From the NCBI GenBank assembly GCA_018027755.1, contig GCA_018027755.1_4098.1: a DNA stretch of 64,000 nucleotides; one strand, given 5' to 3'. The notes beneath the pieces were generated by a model. The model saw only the letters and a list, made by a program, of their open reading frames with translations, did not search any database and was not told the origin of the DNA. Origin of the DNA: a phage. Shown here piece by piece: positions 11,464-21,300 of the stretch (the first letter of the stretch is position 1; every line of letters starts with the position of its first letter). Position numbers and translations under genes: made by a program.

Positions 11464-12888
11464 ATGTCAGATAACAAATCTACTTCCAGATTCAATGAAG
11501 TATCTCCGGCACTCCAGAAAGAATGTCAAGATCGTCTGGTTCTGGCTCGTACATCTTTGATGTTAACTGCACCATTCTTTGGTGTACTCGCTTCACGTTT
11601 ACGTCCAGTTCCTAATAATACATGGTGTCGTACTCTAGCAGTTGATGGTAAACATCTATTCTACAACGTAGAATTTGTAATGGGTATTCAAGACCCATCT
11701 AAAAAGAAAGAATATGAAGAAGCTATTCGTGAAAAGCATCCTGAAGTTACAGACGAACAATTAAAAGAAATGACTGAAGGTTTGACTGATGAAAACCTTA
11801 TTGCTGTAATTTGTCATGAAATTCTACACTGTGCTTACGATCACTTCCTTCGTCGTGGTATGCGTGATCCACAACGTTATAACCGTGCAGCGGATTATGC
11901 CATTAACCAAATCATCGTTCGTGAGAAAATTGGAAAAATCCAAAGTTCATGGTTGTATGATAAAAAATATGAAGGTATGACCGCAGAAGAGATTTACATT
12001 CTTCTTGAAGAAGAAGAACAAAAAGAAGATGGTGAAGGTGAAGGTCAACCACAAAGTGGCGGCGGTGAAGGTGAAGGTAAAAATCGCGGTACTTTTGGTG
12101 ATATTAAAGATGGTAAGGGTAAACCAAAAGGTACTACCATTGACCAGCATGACGTTCCACAAGAAGGTCAAGAAGGTGGTTCAAGTGAACAGCAAAAACG
12201 TGATTATATGGATGATTTCAAAACAGCAATGATGAATGCTGCACGTGCAGGTGGTACACCAGCAGAAATCGCTCGTATGATTAACAACTTTAAAGAACCA
12301 AAGATTGACTGGCGTTCAAAACTTCAACGTACACTTCGTAGTTGGTTGAAGTCTGATGCAACGTATCAAAGTCCTTCTCGTCGTTCATGGGGTGCTGGTT
12401 TTGGTTCTAATGGTTCATTCTATGGTAATCCAATTTACCCAGGGATGAAACCAGATGATGATATTGATATTGCGATTGCACTAGATGCTTCTGGGTCTAT
12501 TTCTGAAGATATGCTTCGTGATTTCATTAGTGAAGTTCTTGGCATCACTAAACAATTCAAACAGTTTAAGATTCGTATCATGACTTTTGATACTGAAGTT
12601 TATACTGTAAAGGATTACAAAACTGGCGAAGAACGTAAGATTCTGGAATATCCAGTAAAAGGTGGTGGTGGTACTGACTTTGAAGCAGTATGGGTTCATA
12701 TGAAGAACGACAACTACAAGCCTAAACAGCTTGTAATGTTTACTGATGGTGAACCGTGGCAGTCATGGGGTGATCCAAACTACTGTAAAACACTGTTCGT
12801 GATTCACAGTAACCCAAATAAAGTTGCACCATTTGGTGAGACTGTACACTACGAATATGAAGCTGATAAAAAGCGTCAACGTAGTTAA
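11464..12888 (+). CDS. VWA-domain protein with N-terminal HExxH zincin-like motif (CobT-like / DUF2201-like partner of the ATPase)
   Basis: HEILH motif; MIDAS DASGS and downstream FTDGEPW; Gly/Glu-rich linker EGEGQPQSGGGEGEGK; RBS GAGGA. Confidence 0.7.
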   Translation: MSDNKSTSRFNEVSPALQKECQDRLVLARTSLMLTAPFFGVLASRLRPVPNNTWCRTLAVDGKHLFYNVEFVMGIQDPSKKKEYEEAIREKHPEVTDEQLKEMTEGLTDENLIAVICHEILHCAYDHFLRRGMRDPQRYNRAADYAINQIIVREKIGKIQSSWLYDKKYEGMTAEEIYILLEEEEQKEDGEGEGQPQSGGGEGEGKNRGTFGDIKDGKGKPKGTTIDQHDVPQEGQEGGSSEQQKRDYMDDFKTAMMNAARAGGTPAEIARMINNFKEPKIDWRSKLQRTLRSWLKSDATYQSPSRRSWGAGFGSNGSFYGNPIYPGMKPDDDIDIAIALDASGSISEDMLRDFISEVLGITKQFKQFKIRIMTFDTEVYTVKDYKTGEERKILEYPVKGGGGTDFEAVWVHMKNDNYKPKQLVMFTDGEPWQSWGDPNYCKTLFVIHSNPNKVAPFGETVHYEYEADKKRQRS

Positions 12889-12898
12889 GTACTAAATA

Positions 12899-12930
12899 AA
12901 GAGAACGGAATTTTCCGTTCTCTTCTTTTA
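12899..12930 (+). terminator. intrinsic terminator after VWA gene
   Basis: GAGAACGG-AATTTT-CCGTTCTC followed by TTCTTTTA. Confidence 0.6.
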
Positions 12931-12934
12931 TAAG

Positions 12935-12963
12935 TGGGACAACTTATAAAAATATGATATAAT
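12935..12963 (+). promoter_or_regulatory. putative extended -10 promoter
   Basis: TGATATAAT (TGnTATAAT) upstream of ORF 12998-13243; -35 weak. Confidence 0.35.
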
Positions 12964-12997
12964 AGTTAATGTACCAATATACATGGAGAGTATTAAA

Positions 12998-13243
12998 ATG
13001 GAACAAGAAAATAATCAAATTCAACTAACCCTTCTAGACCTAATCAATGCTGCAAAAATCATGGAAGCTGCTGTTGCACGAAACACCTTTAAAGTTGAAG
13101 AACTTGTTGAGGTTGCTCCAGTTGTATCTAAATTTGTTTCTTTTGCAAATGTAGCTCTTGAAGATATTAAAGCACAAGAAGATGCAGCTAAAGAAGAAGC
13201 TGAATCACAAGATAGTGAAACTCAAGAAGATAAAGGAGAATAA
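12998..13243 (+). CDS. small acidic protein
   Basis: ATG at 12998 has GGAG RBS (track start 12983 is inside the RBS region); acidic C-terminus. Confidence 0.35.
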   Translation: MEQENNQIQLTLLDLINAAKIMEAAVARNTFKVEELVEVAPVVSKFVSFANVALEDIKAQEDAAKEEAESQDSETQEDKGE

Positions 13244-13245
13244 TT

Positions 13246-13902
13246 ATGGCAGCTATTCGTCATGTTGGTGTAATGCGTAATACAGGTTCTCGTGTTTTTG
13301 TTGTTTGGCGTTCACTACCAGATGATCCTGAACACTGCCTTATCGTTTATCGTGATTCACTACCAGAAGCATATGTTCACGCAGTAACTGATATTGTTAT
13401 GGGTCATGGTCAATCTAATATTGATTTGTGGGAAGTAATGCATAAAATTGGTTATCTCGATGGACGCAAAATGCTAGATGTTCTACACAACATGCAGCAT
13501 CTACGTCGCGTTCGTACTTGTGACATTGATATGCACACTGGTGGTAATAATAAAATTTCTCTTGATGTTCTAAACAAAGCATTAGATGAAAATCAAGCGA
13601 AAGTACAAGAAGATGGTAAAGTAAAAGACTTTAACCCATTCAATCCACAAGAAGCAGACACTAAAGTAGAAGAAGCTACTATTGTAGAAAAACTTCTCTC
13701 TGATGCACAAAAATATGAACAACTGGCTAAAGAACATTATGAACGTGCATACAATTTAGAGCCAAGCTTGCGTCCGCAAACACAAGTTGTTGAACAACCG
13801 AAAGATAGTAAAACAATTTATCTAGAAATTCCAGAAGGTATTTCACAGACTAAAGCTATTGAGAAAGTAAAACAACTATTTGCAGAACGTAAAGCAAAAT
13901 AA
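13246..13902 (+). CDS. hypothetical protein
   Basis: AGGAG RBS; no fold recognised. Confidence 0.4.
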   Translation: MAAIRHVGVMRNTGSRVFVVWRSLPDDPEHCLIVYRDSLPEAYVHAVTDIVMGHGQSNIDLWEVMHKIGYLDGRKMLDVLHNMQHLRRVRTCDIDMHTGGNNKISLDVLNKALDENQAKVQEDGKVKDFNPFNPQEADTKVEEATIVEKLLSDAQKYEQLAKEHYERAYNLEPSLRPQTQVVEQPKDSKTIYLEIPEGISQTKAIEKVKQLFAERKAK

Positions 13903-13905
13903 AAT

Positions 13906-14499
13906 ATGAAAAAGAATGAATTAGATGAAGCAATTAAAGGTTTATCTAATGTATGTTTTAGTGGCGGGGCAGCAGGTGCTGACCGCCTTTTTTCTATCTA
14001 TGCAAAAAATAATGGATTTGAAGTTATTAATTTTTCATTCAAAGGTCATGAGCATAGTGTAGATGAAAGTACTATATTAGAAATACCATCCAATATTCTA
14101 TCTGATATTTCTATATTAAATCAACTAAACATTGCATGTTACTCGTTGCAGCGAAAAGTACCAAAGCCTGGTTCTTATGTTTACAACTTACTTGCAAGGA
14201 ATAGTTATCAGATACTTAATACAGAAAGAATATATTGTATTGCAAATATCACATCACCAACTAAGGTAAGTGGTGGTACTGCATGGGCAGTACAGATGTA
14301 TATGGATTCAGTTGAAAATCCTGAAATTTATTGTTATGATATGAATTCACGTTCAGTATTTTATTTCGATACAGTACTGAAAGAGTTCACACAAACATTC
14401 GTCGTTCCAGCACCACATGGTAACTGGACTGGTATTGGTTCACGCAATGCCACCGAAAAACATATGGAACATTTTATTACATTTTTCAAGGAAGAATAA
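13906..14499 (+). CDS. hypothetical Rossmann-like protein, possibly SLOG/DprA-like
   Basis: N-terminal motif FSGGAAGADRLFS resembles the glycine-rich motif of SLOG-superfamily proteins; stop overlaps the thymidylate synthase start. Confidence 0.3.
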   Translation: MKKNELDEAIKGLSNVCFSGGAAGADRLFSIYAKNNGFEVINFSFKGHEHSVDESTILEIPSNILSDISILNQLNIACYSLQRKVPKPGSYVYNLLARNSYQILNTERIYCIANITSPTKVSGGTAWAVQMYMDSVENPEIYCYDMNSRSVFYFDTVLKEFTQTFVVPAPHGNWTGIGSRNATEKHMEHFITFFKEE

Positions 14500-15428
14500 T
14501 GAAACAACTACAAGAACTATATCAAAAAATTCTAGATGAAGGCGTAGAAAGCGTTGACCGTACTGGTGTTGGAACAATCAAACTTATCGGTCAACAAATG
14601 CGTTTTGACCTTAAAGATGGTTTCCCAGCAGTGACGACAAAACGTCTAGCTTGGAAAGCAATGACTTCAGAATTACTATGGTTTATTGAAGGTTCCCATG
14701 ATGAGCGTCGCCTTTGTGAAATTTTGCATGGAACTCGTGATACAGAAAAGAAAACTATTTGGACAGATAATTACCTAAATCAAGGCGTTGCTCTTGGTTA
14801 TACTGATGGTGAGTTAGGTCCAGTGTATGGTAAGCAATGGCGTGAATGGGAAGATTATAAATTTAGTTCCAGTACTGAAGAAATTCAAGAATTAAAAGAT
14901 AAAGGATACAAAGTTATCGATTATACTGGATCGCATGGTGTTGTTATGAAACGTACAACTGACCAATTACAGGAACTAATCAAAGGTATAAAGTCCGATC
15001 CATATGGTCGTCGCCATATTCTAAGTGCATGGAACGTTGGTGAGCTTGATGATATGACGTTACCACCTTGTCATAGCTTTGTACAATTTTGTGTAGTACA
15101 AGGGAAACTAAGCTGCATTCTACATCAAAGATCCGCTGATCTATTTTTGGGAGTTCCATTTAATATCAGTAGTTATTCACTACTAACTCATATGATTGCA
15201 CAAATTACTGGTTTAGATGTTGGTGAATTTATTTGGAATGGTGGTGATTGTCACATTTATAAAAACCACGTTGAACAAGTAAAAGAACAACTACAGCGAA
15301 AACCTCGTGAATTACCTGAATTGTGGCTTGATCCTACAATTACTAATATTGAAGATTTCACTATGGATTCTTTTAAATTAGTGAATTACAACCCAATGCC
15401 AACAATTAAAGCACCTATGGCTGTATAA
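14499..15428 (+). CDS. td: thymidylate synthase (uninterrupted, no intron)
   Basis: Active-site LPPCHSFVQFCV, QRSADLFLGVPFNISSYSLLTHMIAQ, GGDCHIYKNH (Asn retained, dUMP-type), C-terminal IKAPMAV. Confidence 0.9.
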   Translation: MKQLQELYQKILDEGVESVDRTGVGTIKLIGQQMRFDLKDGFPAVTTKRLAWKAMTSELLWFIEGSHDERRLCEILHGTRDTEKKTIWTDNYLNQGVALGYTDGELGPVYGKQWREWEDYKFSSSTEEIQELKDKGYKVIDYTGSHGVVMKRTTDQLQELIKGIKSDPYGRRHILSAWNVGELDDMTLPPCHSFVQFCVVQGKLSCILHQRSADLFLGVPFNISSYSLLTHMIAQITGLDVGEFIWNGGDCHIYKNHVEQVKEQLQRKPRELPELWLDPTITNIEDFTMDSFKLVNYNPMPTIKAPMAV

Positions 15429-15431
15429 ACG

Positions 15432-15462
15432 AAAAGGGAGAACATCAGTTCTCCCTTTTTTA
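15432..15462 (+). terminator. intrinsic terminator at convergent junction
   Basis: GGGAGAAC-ATCA-GTTCTCCC followed by TTTTTTAT. Confidence 0.75.
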
Positions 15463-17427
15463 TTATCTAATTGTTACCAATGTTCTTCCGTCGAAACGTA
15501 CATCAGGAGTTGAAGGTATACTAAACACTACGTTAGTGCCGTTAAACGTAACGCTATCGACCTCAACACGAGTATAGACACCAGGACTAACCTGTTCCTG
15601 TATCTCTGCTGTGACGATGTTTGAGGCTGTTACAGTAAGGGTGTAGTAGTTACCACTTAATACCCAAGATGAAATTGTAAAAGCATCGGTTCTCACTGAA
15701 CCTGAACCAATTGGAACCCATTGACCTTGAACTTTTTGCATTGAAGTACGCTCGGTATTGGAGTATGCAATCATACCATCAACGCCAACAGAGTTATCAA
15801 TAGTAGCTAGTACTGGTAATTGGATACCATATCTATTAAAACGTGTTCTTATAGTTCCATTATCATAGATACTTACATCAGCATAATTACCCATTGATAG
15901 TTTTAAATCAGAACTAACTAATTGGATTGTACTTTGATTAGTAGTACTTTCTAATGTAATTATACCATTAGCTAATAGATTTATATTTTTAAATTTATTA
16001 GTTGTTCCATTGAAATTAGTGTTTGCTGTAAACGTACTAACTCCATTAACTGTAATTGTATCAGATGCAGCATCGCCTAATGTAGTATTACCTTGAATGT
16101 TCAAATTACCACTAGCAGTGATATTACTAGCTGATGTATCACCAGTCAATGTACTTGTACCATCAACCACAATATTACCATGAAACGCACTTTCACCATT
16201 TTTAAATTCAACTTGTACTTTATTCATTGAACTAAATGAAATAATATTACTACTAGCACTTAGTCCAACATTAGTATTGGTTGCATTATCAAATCTTAGT
16301 ACTGGGGTTGATGCTGGGGTTGAAGTTGTTTGGTATAATGTTAATGTTGAATTATTAATTCTAATACGTTCAGTTCCAGCAGTACTGAAACCAATTGCAT
16401 CATCTGCTGGATGAAACATACCAGTATTAGCGTCTGACCATTTTGCAGGATCATTACCTGGGTTATTGGTTGGATCAAATGGATTGTTATTAAATGTCAA
16501 TGCTGGTGCTGCTGCACTACCATAGACCACACCAAAACGCCCTGAGCCGCTTGTTCCATCATTATACATGGAATCACCAGTTCTACGTAAACACTCAATC
16601 ACAACGTTATCTATGGATGTTTGAACGGTCCCTGCGTTTGTCCTAAATTGACGATGATTTGCAATCATTACAGTATTGTCATATAATACTGAAGCAGCGG
16701 AAATGCTTGTTCTTGACTGGCGTAGACGTATGTTTTTATCTTCAGTTATAATAATCCAATCACCATCTGATAGTGCGGTTTGGTTCATTGGAACACCTGA
16801 AGCAAATGGTTTGGTTAAGTCAGCATCTGTTGCTAAATTTTTAAGACCATCATGACCAGTACTCGTAATAGATGCAGGAATAATTCTAGCGAAAGCGTAT
16901 GTTACTAGTTTAGCACCAGATATATTTGGATTGGAGTCAACATAATATAAAATTTCAATCCAATTACCTTGACCAGTTGGGTTCGTAGGTGTAAATGTAA
17001 CCGGACTTGTTTGTGGGTTATTTGCTTCAAAGTGTGCTTGTGCTGCATCCATAATACCACGAACAACATAATAATCACCATTTAGTGATGCTGCTGGTGC
17101 TGGTAGTGGTGTTTGTGCTAAAGGTGGATCAATATCATCTGGGATAGGATTGTATGTACCAACAAACTGTAAACCACTAGTTACTGAATCTGGTAATTGG
17201 GAAGTAAGAAGTTTACCATTTGCATCTAAGTTTGCAAAGCGGCGATATGCCATAGTACCATCTTCAAAATCCAGAACACCTTCAAATGATTTCCATTCCT
17301 TATTGTATCTAATCATCCCTGATCTTATTACATCAGCGGTTTCTTTTGATGGTGCTTTCGGTAACTCTAAAAAAGATTTACTATCAATAATTACACCACC
17401 ATCACCTCTAATTCGATTTATACTCAT
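15463..17427 (-). CDS. tail fiber-like structural protein
   Basis: 654 aa, G/S/T/N-rich beta-rich composition; located in fiber gene cluster; near-consensus late box TATAAATC about 25 nt upstream. Confidence 0.45.
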   Translation of the reverse strand: MSINRIRGDGGVIIDSKSFLELPKAPSKETADVIRSGMIRYNKEWKSFEGVLDFEDGTMAYRRFANLDANGKLLTSQLPDSVTSGLQFVGTYNPIPDDIDPPLAQTPLPAPAASLNGDYYVVRGIMDAAQAHFEANNPQTSPVTFTPTNPTGQGNWIEILYYVDSNPNISGAKLVTYAFARIIPASITSTGHDGLKNLATDADLTKPFASGVPMNQTALSDGDWIIITEDKNIRLRQSRTSISAASVLYDNTVMIANHRQFRTNAGTVQTSIDNVVIECLRRTGDSMYNDGTSGSGRFGVVYGSAAAPALTFNNNPFDPTNNPGNDPAKWSDANTGMFHPADDAIGFSTAGTERIRINNSTLTLYQTTSTPASTPVLRFDNATNTNVGLSASSNIISFSSMNKVQVEFKNGESAFHGNIVVDGTSTLTGDTSASNITASGNLNIQGNTTLGDAASDTITVNGVSTFTANTNFNGTTNKFKNINLLANGIITLESTTNQSTIQLVSSDLKLSMGNYADVSIYDNGTIRTRFNRYGIQLPVLATIDNSVGVDGMIAYSNTERTSMQKVQGQWVPIGSGSVRTDAFTISSWVLSGNYYTLTVTASNIVTAEIQEQVSPGVYTRVEVDSVTFNGTNVVFSIPSTPDVRFDGRTLVTIR

Positions 17428-17511
17428 TTAAATATTTCCTCAGAATAGATTTATATGATGTATTTATTTTAGTTAAAAGAAAAGGCCAAGCATAGGCTTG
17501 ACCTTAAAAAA

Positions 17512-18291
17512 TTAACGTATACGTTCAGGAATATCAATACCTTCATATACCCAAATTGCAGCTTGTTGTGCTTTATAAATTGCATCAGGATCTAAATCAT
17601 CAACTGCATCAATTGCAGCACACTGTTTGTCACATTCCGAAAACAATTGTTCAATCATTGCAAATGCTTCAGTATATAGTTGAGTCATTTCAGCAGCAGA
17701 TAATTTTACAATTGCGTCATCAAGAAAAATAGAAACACTTTCAGAGCCTGAAGTAACTTGTGTATAATAATTAAGAAGCATTTGACGACCAGACATATCA
17801 GTACTGTAACGATGACCATTGAACATATAACCAGAATTCATACGATTTGTACGTTCTGATATAGTTCTTGCTTTTAAATCAGCTTTAACATCTGCTATTG
17901 GCATATCAATATAATGATATGTTTTAAGAACAGTTAGTGCTTTATATTCTTCGGTAGCGTCTTCTAAAAATTCAACAATAGGTTGATTTTCATCTTTTAA
18001 TTTAATAAACTCCAACGGTTGTTCAATAGCATTAACATTTCCAAGATTTTTATACACTAACCACCAAAAACCTTCTTCTTTTCTAACAGCATCATTAGGT
18101 TCTACTGGGGAACCATCTTTACTTGAAATACCATAAAGAGTTCTAATATCACTATAAAGATAACGATAGGTTTGTGGATCTTCTGGTGTTGCACCTGGAC
18201 GTTCTTTAAGTCCTTTTACACCAATTGGATTGGAAATAATACTTCCCAATTCATAATTTTCTTTTGAATTTCCTTTCACATATGTGAACAT
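17512..18291 (-). CDS. hypothetical protein (between two fiber genes)
   Basis: ORF with GAGG RBS; minus-strand terminator hairpin at about 17475-17500 downstream. Confidence 0.4.
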   Translation of the reverse strand: MFTYVKGNSKENYELGSIISNPIGVKGLKERPGATPEDPQTYRYLYSDIRTLYGISSKDGSPVEPNDAVRKEEGFWWLVYKNLGNVNAIEQPLEFIKLKDENQPIVEFLEDATEEYKALTVLKTYHYIDMPIADVKADLKARTISERTNRMNSGYMFNGHRYSTDMSGRQMLLNYYTQVTSGSESVSIFLDDAIVKLSAAEMTQLYTEAFAMIEQLFSECDKQCAAIDAVDDLDPDAIYKAQQAAIWVYEGIDIPERIR

Positions 18292-18355
18292 ATAACTACC
18301 TCACTTGTTATGATGGTGTCACCCAAAATGAGTGACACCTTTATTATTATAATTA

Positions 18356-21300
18356 TTAAGCAGTACGTTGTGCAATAAACATATCTGTTACTGGACTCAC
18401 CCCGTCATAAATGACTTGGTAGATAGTTACAGAGTTTGCAGTTTTGTTTAGAGTTCCATCAACAACCGCATAAGTACCATCAGTAGTAAAGTTTCTATTA
18501 CCTGTTGCATCTTGTTTCACATAAATGTATACTGAAGATGCTTTACCACCACCGATTAGACCAGTGATTGGTGCTAGAGTGGTATCTTGATCTAGAGTGA
18601 TAAAGTATACGTTGCTAGTACCGTCTGGGGTCCAAGTACCAGTTGGTGCGATAACAGAAGAAGTTACTTGATTAGGAATAACATCATATTTTTTAGTAGT
18701 TACTGTTGTTGTAGTTAGGTCAGCATTAGTAGTTGTCAATTGACCAGTTACAGTTACATCTTTATCAAATACTGCATTTTCTTTGAAAGAAGATGTTGCA
18801 TTGACAGTTAATGTATCAGCAGCAGCGTCACCTAAAACAACACTACCATTTGCAGTCATTAAACCAGTAACAGTTAAAGTACCACCGATTGTTGCTGCTC
18901 CAGTAACAGATGCACTAGCAAGTGTTGCTGCACCAGAAGTAGTAATGGTAGTTACTGAAGTTGCTGCTAGGGTTGCAGTACCTGTTGCAGAAATATCACC
19001 ACCAACAGTTAGGTTACCAGAAGTAATTCCAACGGTTCCAGTAATGTTAGCACCACTTGACATCGTTACTGCACCACCAAATGAACCAGTAGTAGTTACT
19101 TCAAGGGTGTTCCCTTTTAGTAGACCAGTTGCAGTAATACTTGTACCTGCGGTAATACTAGTACCAGCAGCAACACTGTTGGTTGCAGTTAATGATTTAA
19201 CAGCCACGTCAGAGTTTGCTTGGTTTAGTGTTGCGTTTAGTAGACCAGTTACTGTAAAGTTACCGTTGTTAACTACGTTACCATTGATTGTTAAGTTGTT
19301 GTTTTGTGAACCAACATCACCAATAGTTGCTGATTTGGAAATCAACTCTGCACCAGAAGTAATGTTACCCGCTGCACTAATAGTGTCAGCCGCAACAACT
19401 GCATAAGGTTCAATTGTTTGACCACTAACGTCAATATCAGCGTTGATACCACCATCTACACGCAAGGAGCCTGCAATGTAAGTATTAGGGAAAATCTGAA
19501 CTGTCTCTGGTTGATCACCAATTTTAGTACCGATAATAACATCAGAACCAGTTTTAACTGCACCAGAGGTTGTTAGTGAACCTAAAGTTGTAGCACCAGT
19601 TACACCTAATGTTCCACCAATTGTTGCGTTATTGGTAACTGCTAATGCAGCACCTTCACCATTAAGAGCGATTGATGGAGCAGATACTGCACCAGTTACG
19701 CCTAATGTGCCACCAATTGTTGCGTTGCCATCTGAATGTAGAGTTGTAGCTACAGAAAGACTGTTAGCAACTACATCAGTACTAGCTAAATCCAATGCAC
19801 CTGGGGTTAATGTACCAGTAATGTTAACATTATTACCAAAGGTTGCTGCACCAGTCACATCTAGTGTAGTACTAAATGTACCAGAGGTTGCAGAGATTGC
19901 ACCTGAATCTAGTGATCCAACAGTTGCTTTCCCAGTTACACCTAAAGTTCCACCAACAGTTCCATTTGTGGTTACATCCAATGTACCAGTACTTAGTTCT
20001 TGTGCGGTTACCTTACCGGATGCAGTAACAGTTGAAGTGGAAACGCCACCAGTTAGAGTACTAGCACCAGTAACACTTAATGTGGTTGCAGCAGTTACGC
20101 TATTTACGCTAAGATCAGCACCGGATAAGTCCAAACCACCTTCAGGAACAAATACACCCTTAACAGTTAGTTTTTGTACTGTACTATCACCTGTTACATC
20201 CAAGGTAGAAGCAGTTAAACCACCATTCATACTTGCTGCACCAGTAACACCTAGTGTAGTGGTTACAGTAGCACTATTAAGTGTTGAACTACCAGAAATA
20301 TTAGCACTAGGAGCAGTAATAGTTCCAGAATCAACTTGTATACCACCAGCAACAACCTGAATTCCACCAGCATTAACTGTTAGTTTACCAGCAGTATTCA
20401 ATGTATTTGAAACTGTTGTTGCACCAGTTAAAGTTGTAGTACCAGTTACACCTAAGTTACCAGAAATAGATGGACTACCTGTAATATTACCAGTAGTTAG
20501 TATCAAATCAGTACCTACGGTAGTGGAGCCAGTACTTTCTAGTGTTACACCGACGATGTTTGCAGAACTTAGGTTAATAGTACCATCAACAGTTAAGTTA
20601 CCTTGAACGGTTGCATCACCTAGAGAAGTTAATGTCTTCACAGACACATCAGTTGTGCTAAGATCAATAACACCCGCAGTTAGTGTTCCAGATACTGCTA
20701 AATTACCAGTAATCGCGGTATTTTTAGTAATGGATACATTTTCTGCCGCTGAAGTAATAGAACCAACAGTAAGTACACCACCAACAGTTGCGTTATTAGT
20801 TACATTTAGAGCAGTTCCAACACCAGATAGTGTTGCTGACCCACCAGTAATTGCACCTGAGATTGAAGCTGTTGCTGCTGAAACATCACCAGAAACTACT
20901 GCATTTGTTGCATTTAGAGCAGACACTGTAACTTCAGTACTTTGAACTTTAGGTAGAACGTTGATACCTTCTGCACTACTAACTGTAATAATACCAGTAC
21001 TTGTTAGAGATTTAACAGATACATCAGCACCACTTAAATCAACTGTACCAGAAACAACAAGATCTCCACCAATATTTGCTCCAGCGGTAGTAGTAATGGA
21101 TTTTGCACTTACATCAGTTGTGCTCAAATCAATTGCACCTGGTGTTACTGTACCAGAAACTGTTAGGTCACCAGTAATAGATGTATTATTGGAAATAGAT
21201 ACACCATCAACGTTACTAATTGTTGGGGTTTCTACAGAAACTGCTTTAACTTTACCTGAAGAAGTTACGTCAGCTACGGTAGATGCACCAGTAACATTCA

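Noticed and set aside
11947-12232. Overlapping ORFs 12005-12232 (+) and 11947-12171 (-) inside the VWA gene
   Set aside because: Produced by the low-complexity GAA/GGT-rich linker region (K/V-rich and F/T-rich frames); the VWA frame has the motifs.
14499-15428. Group I intron in the thymidylate synthase gene (as in T4 td)
   Set aside because: The ORF is continuous, with all TS motifs in order and a normal length (309 aa).
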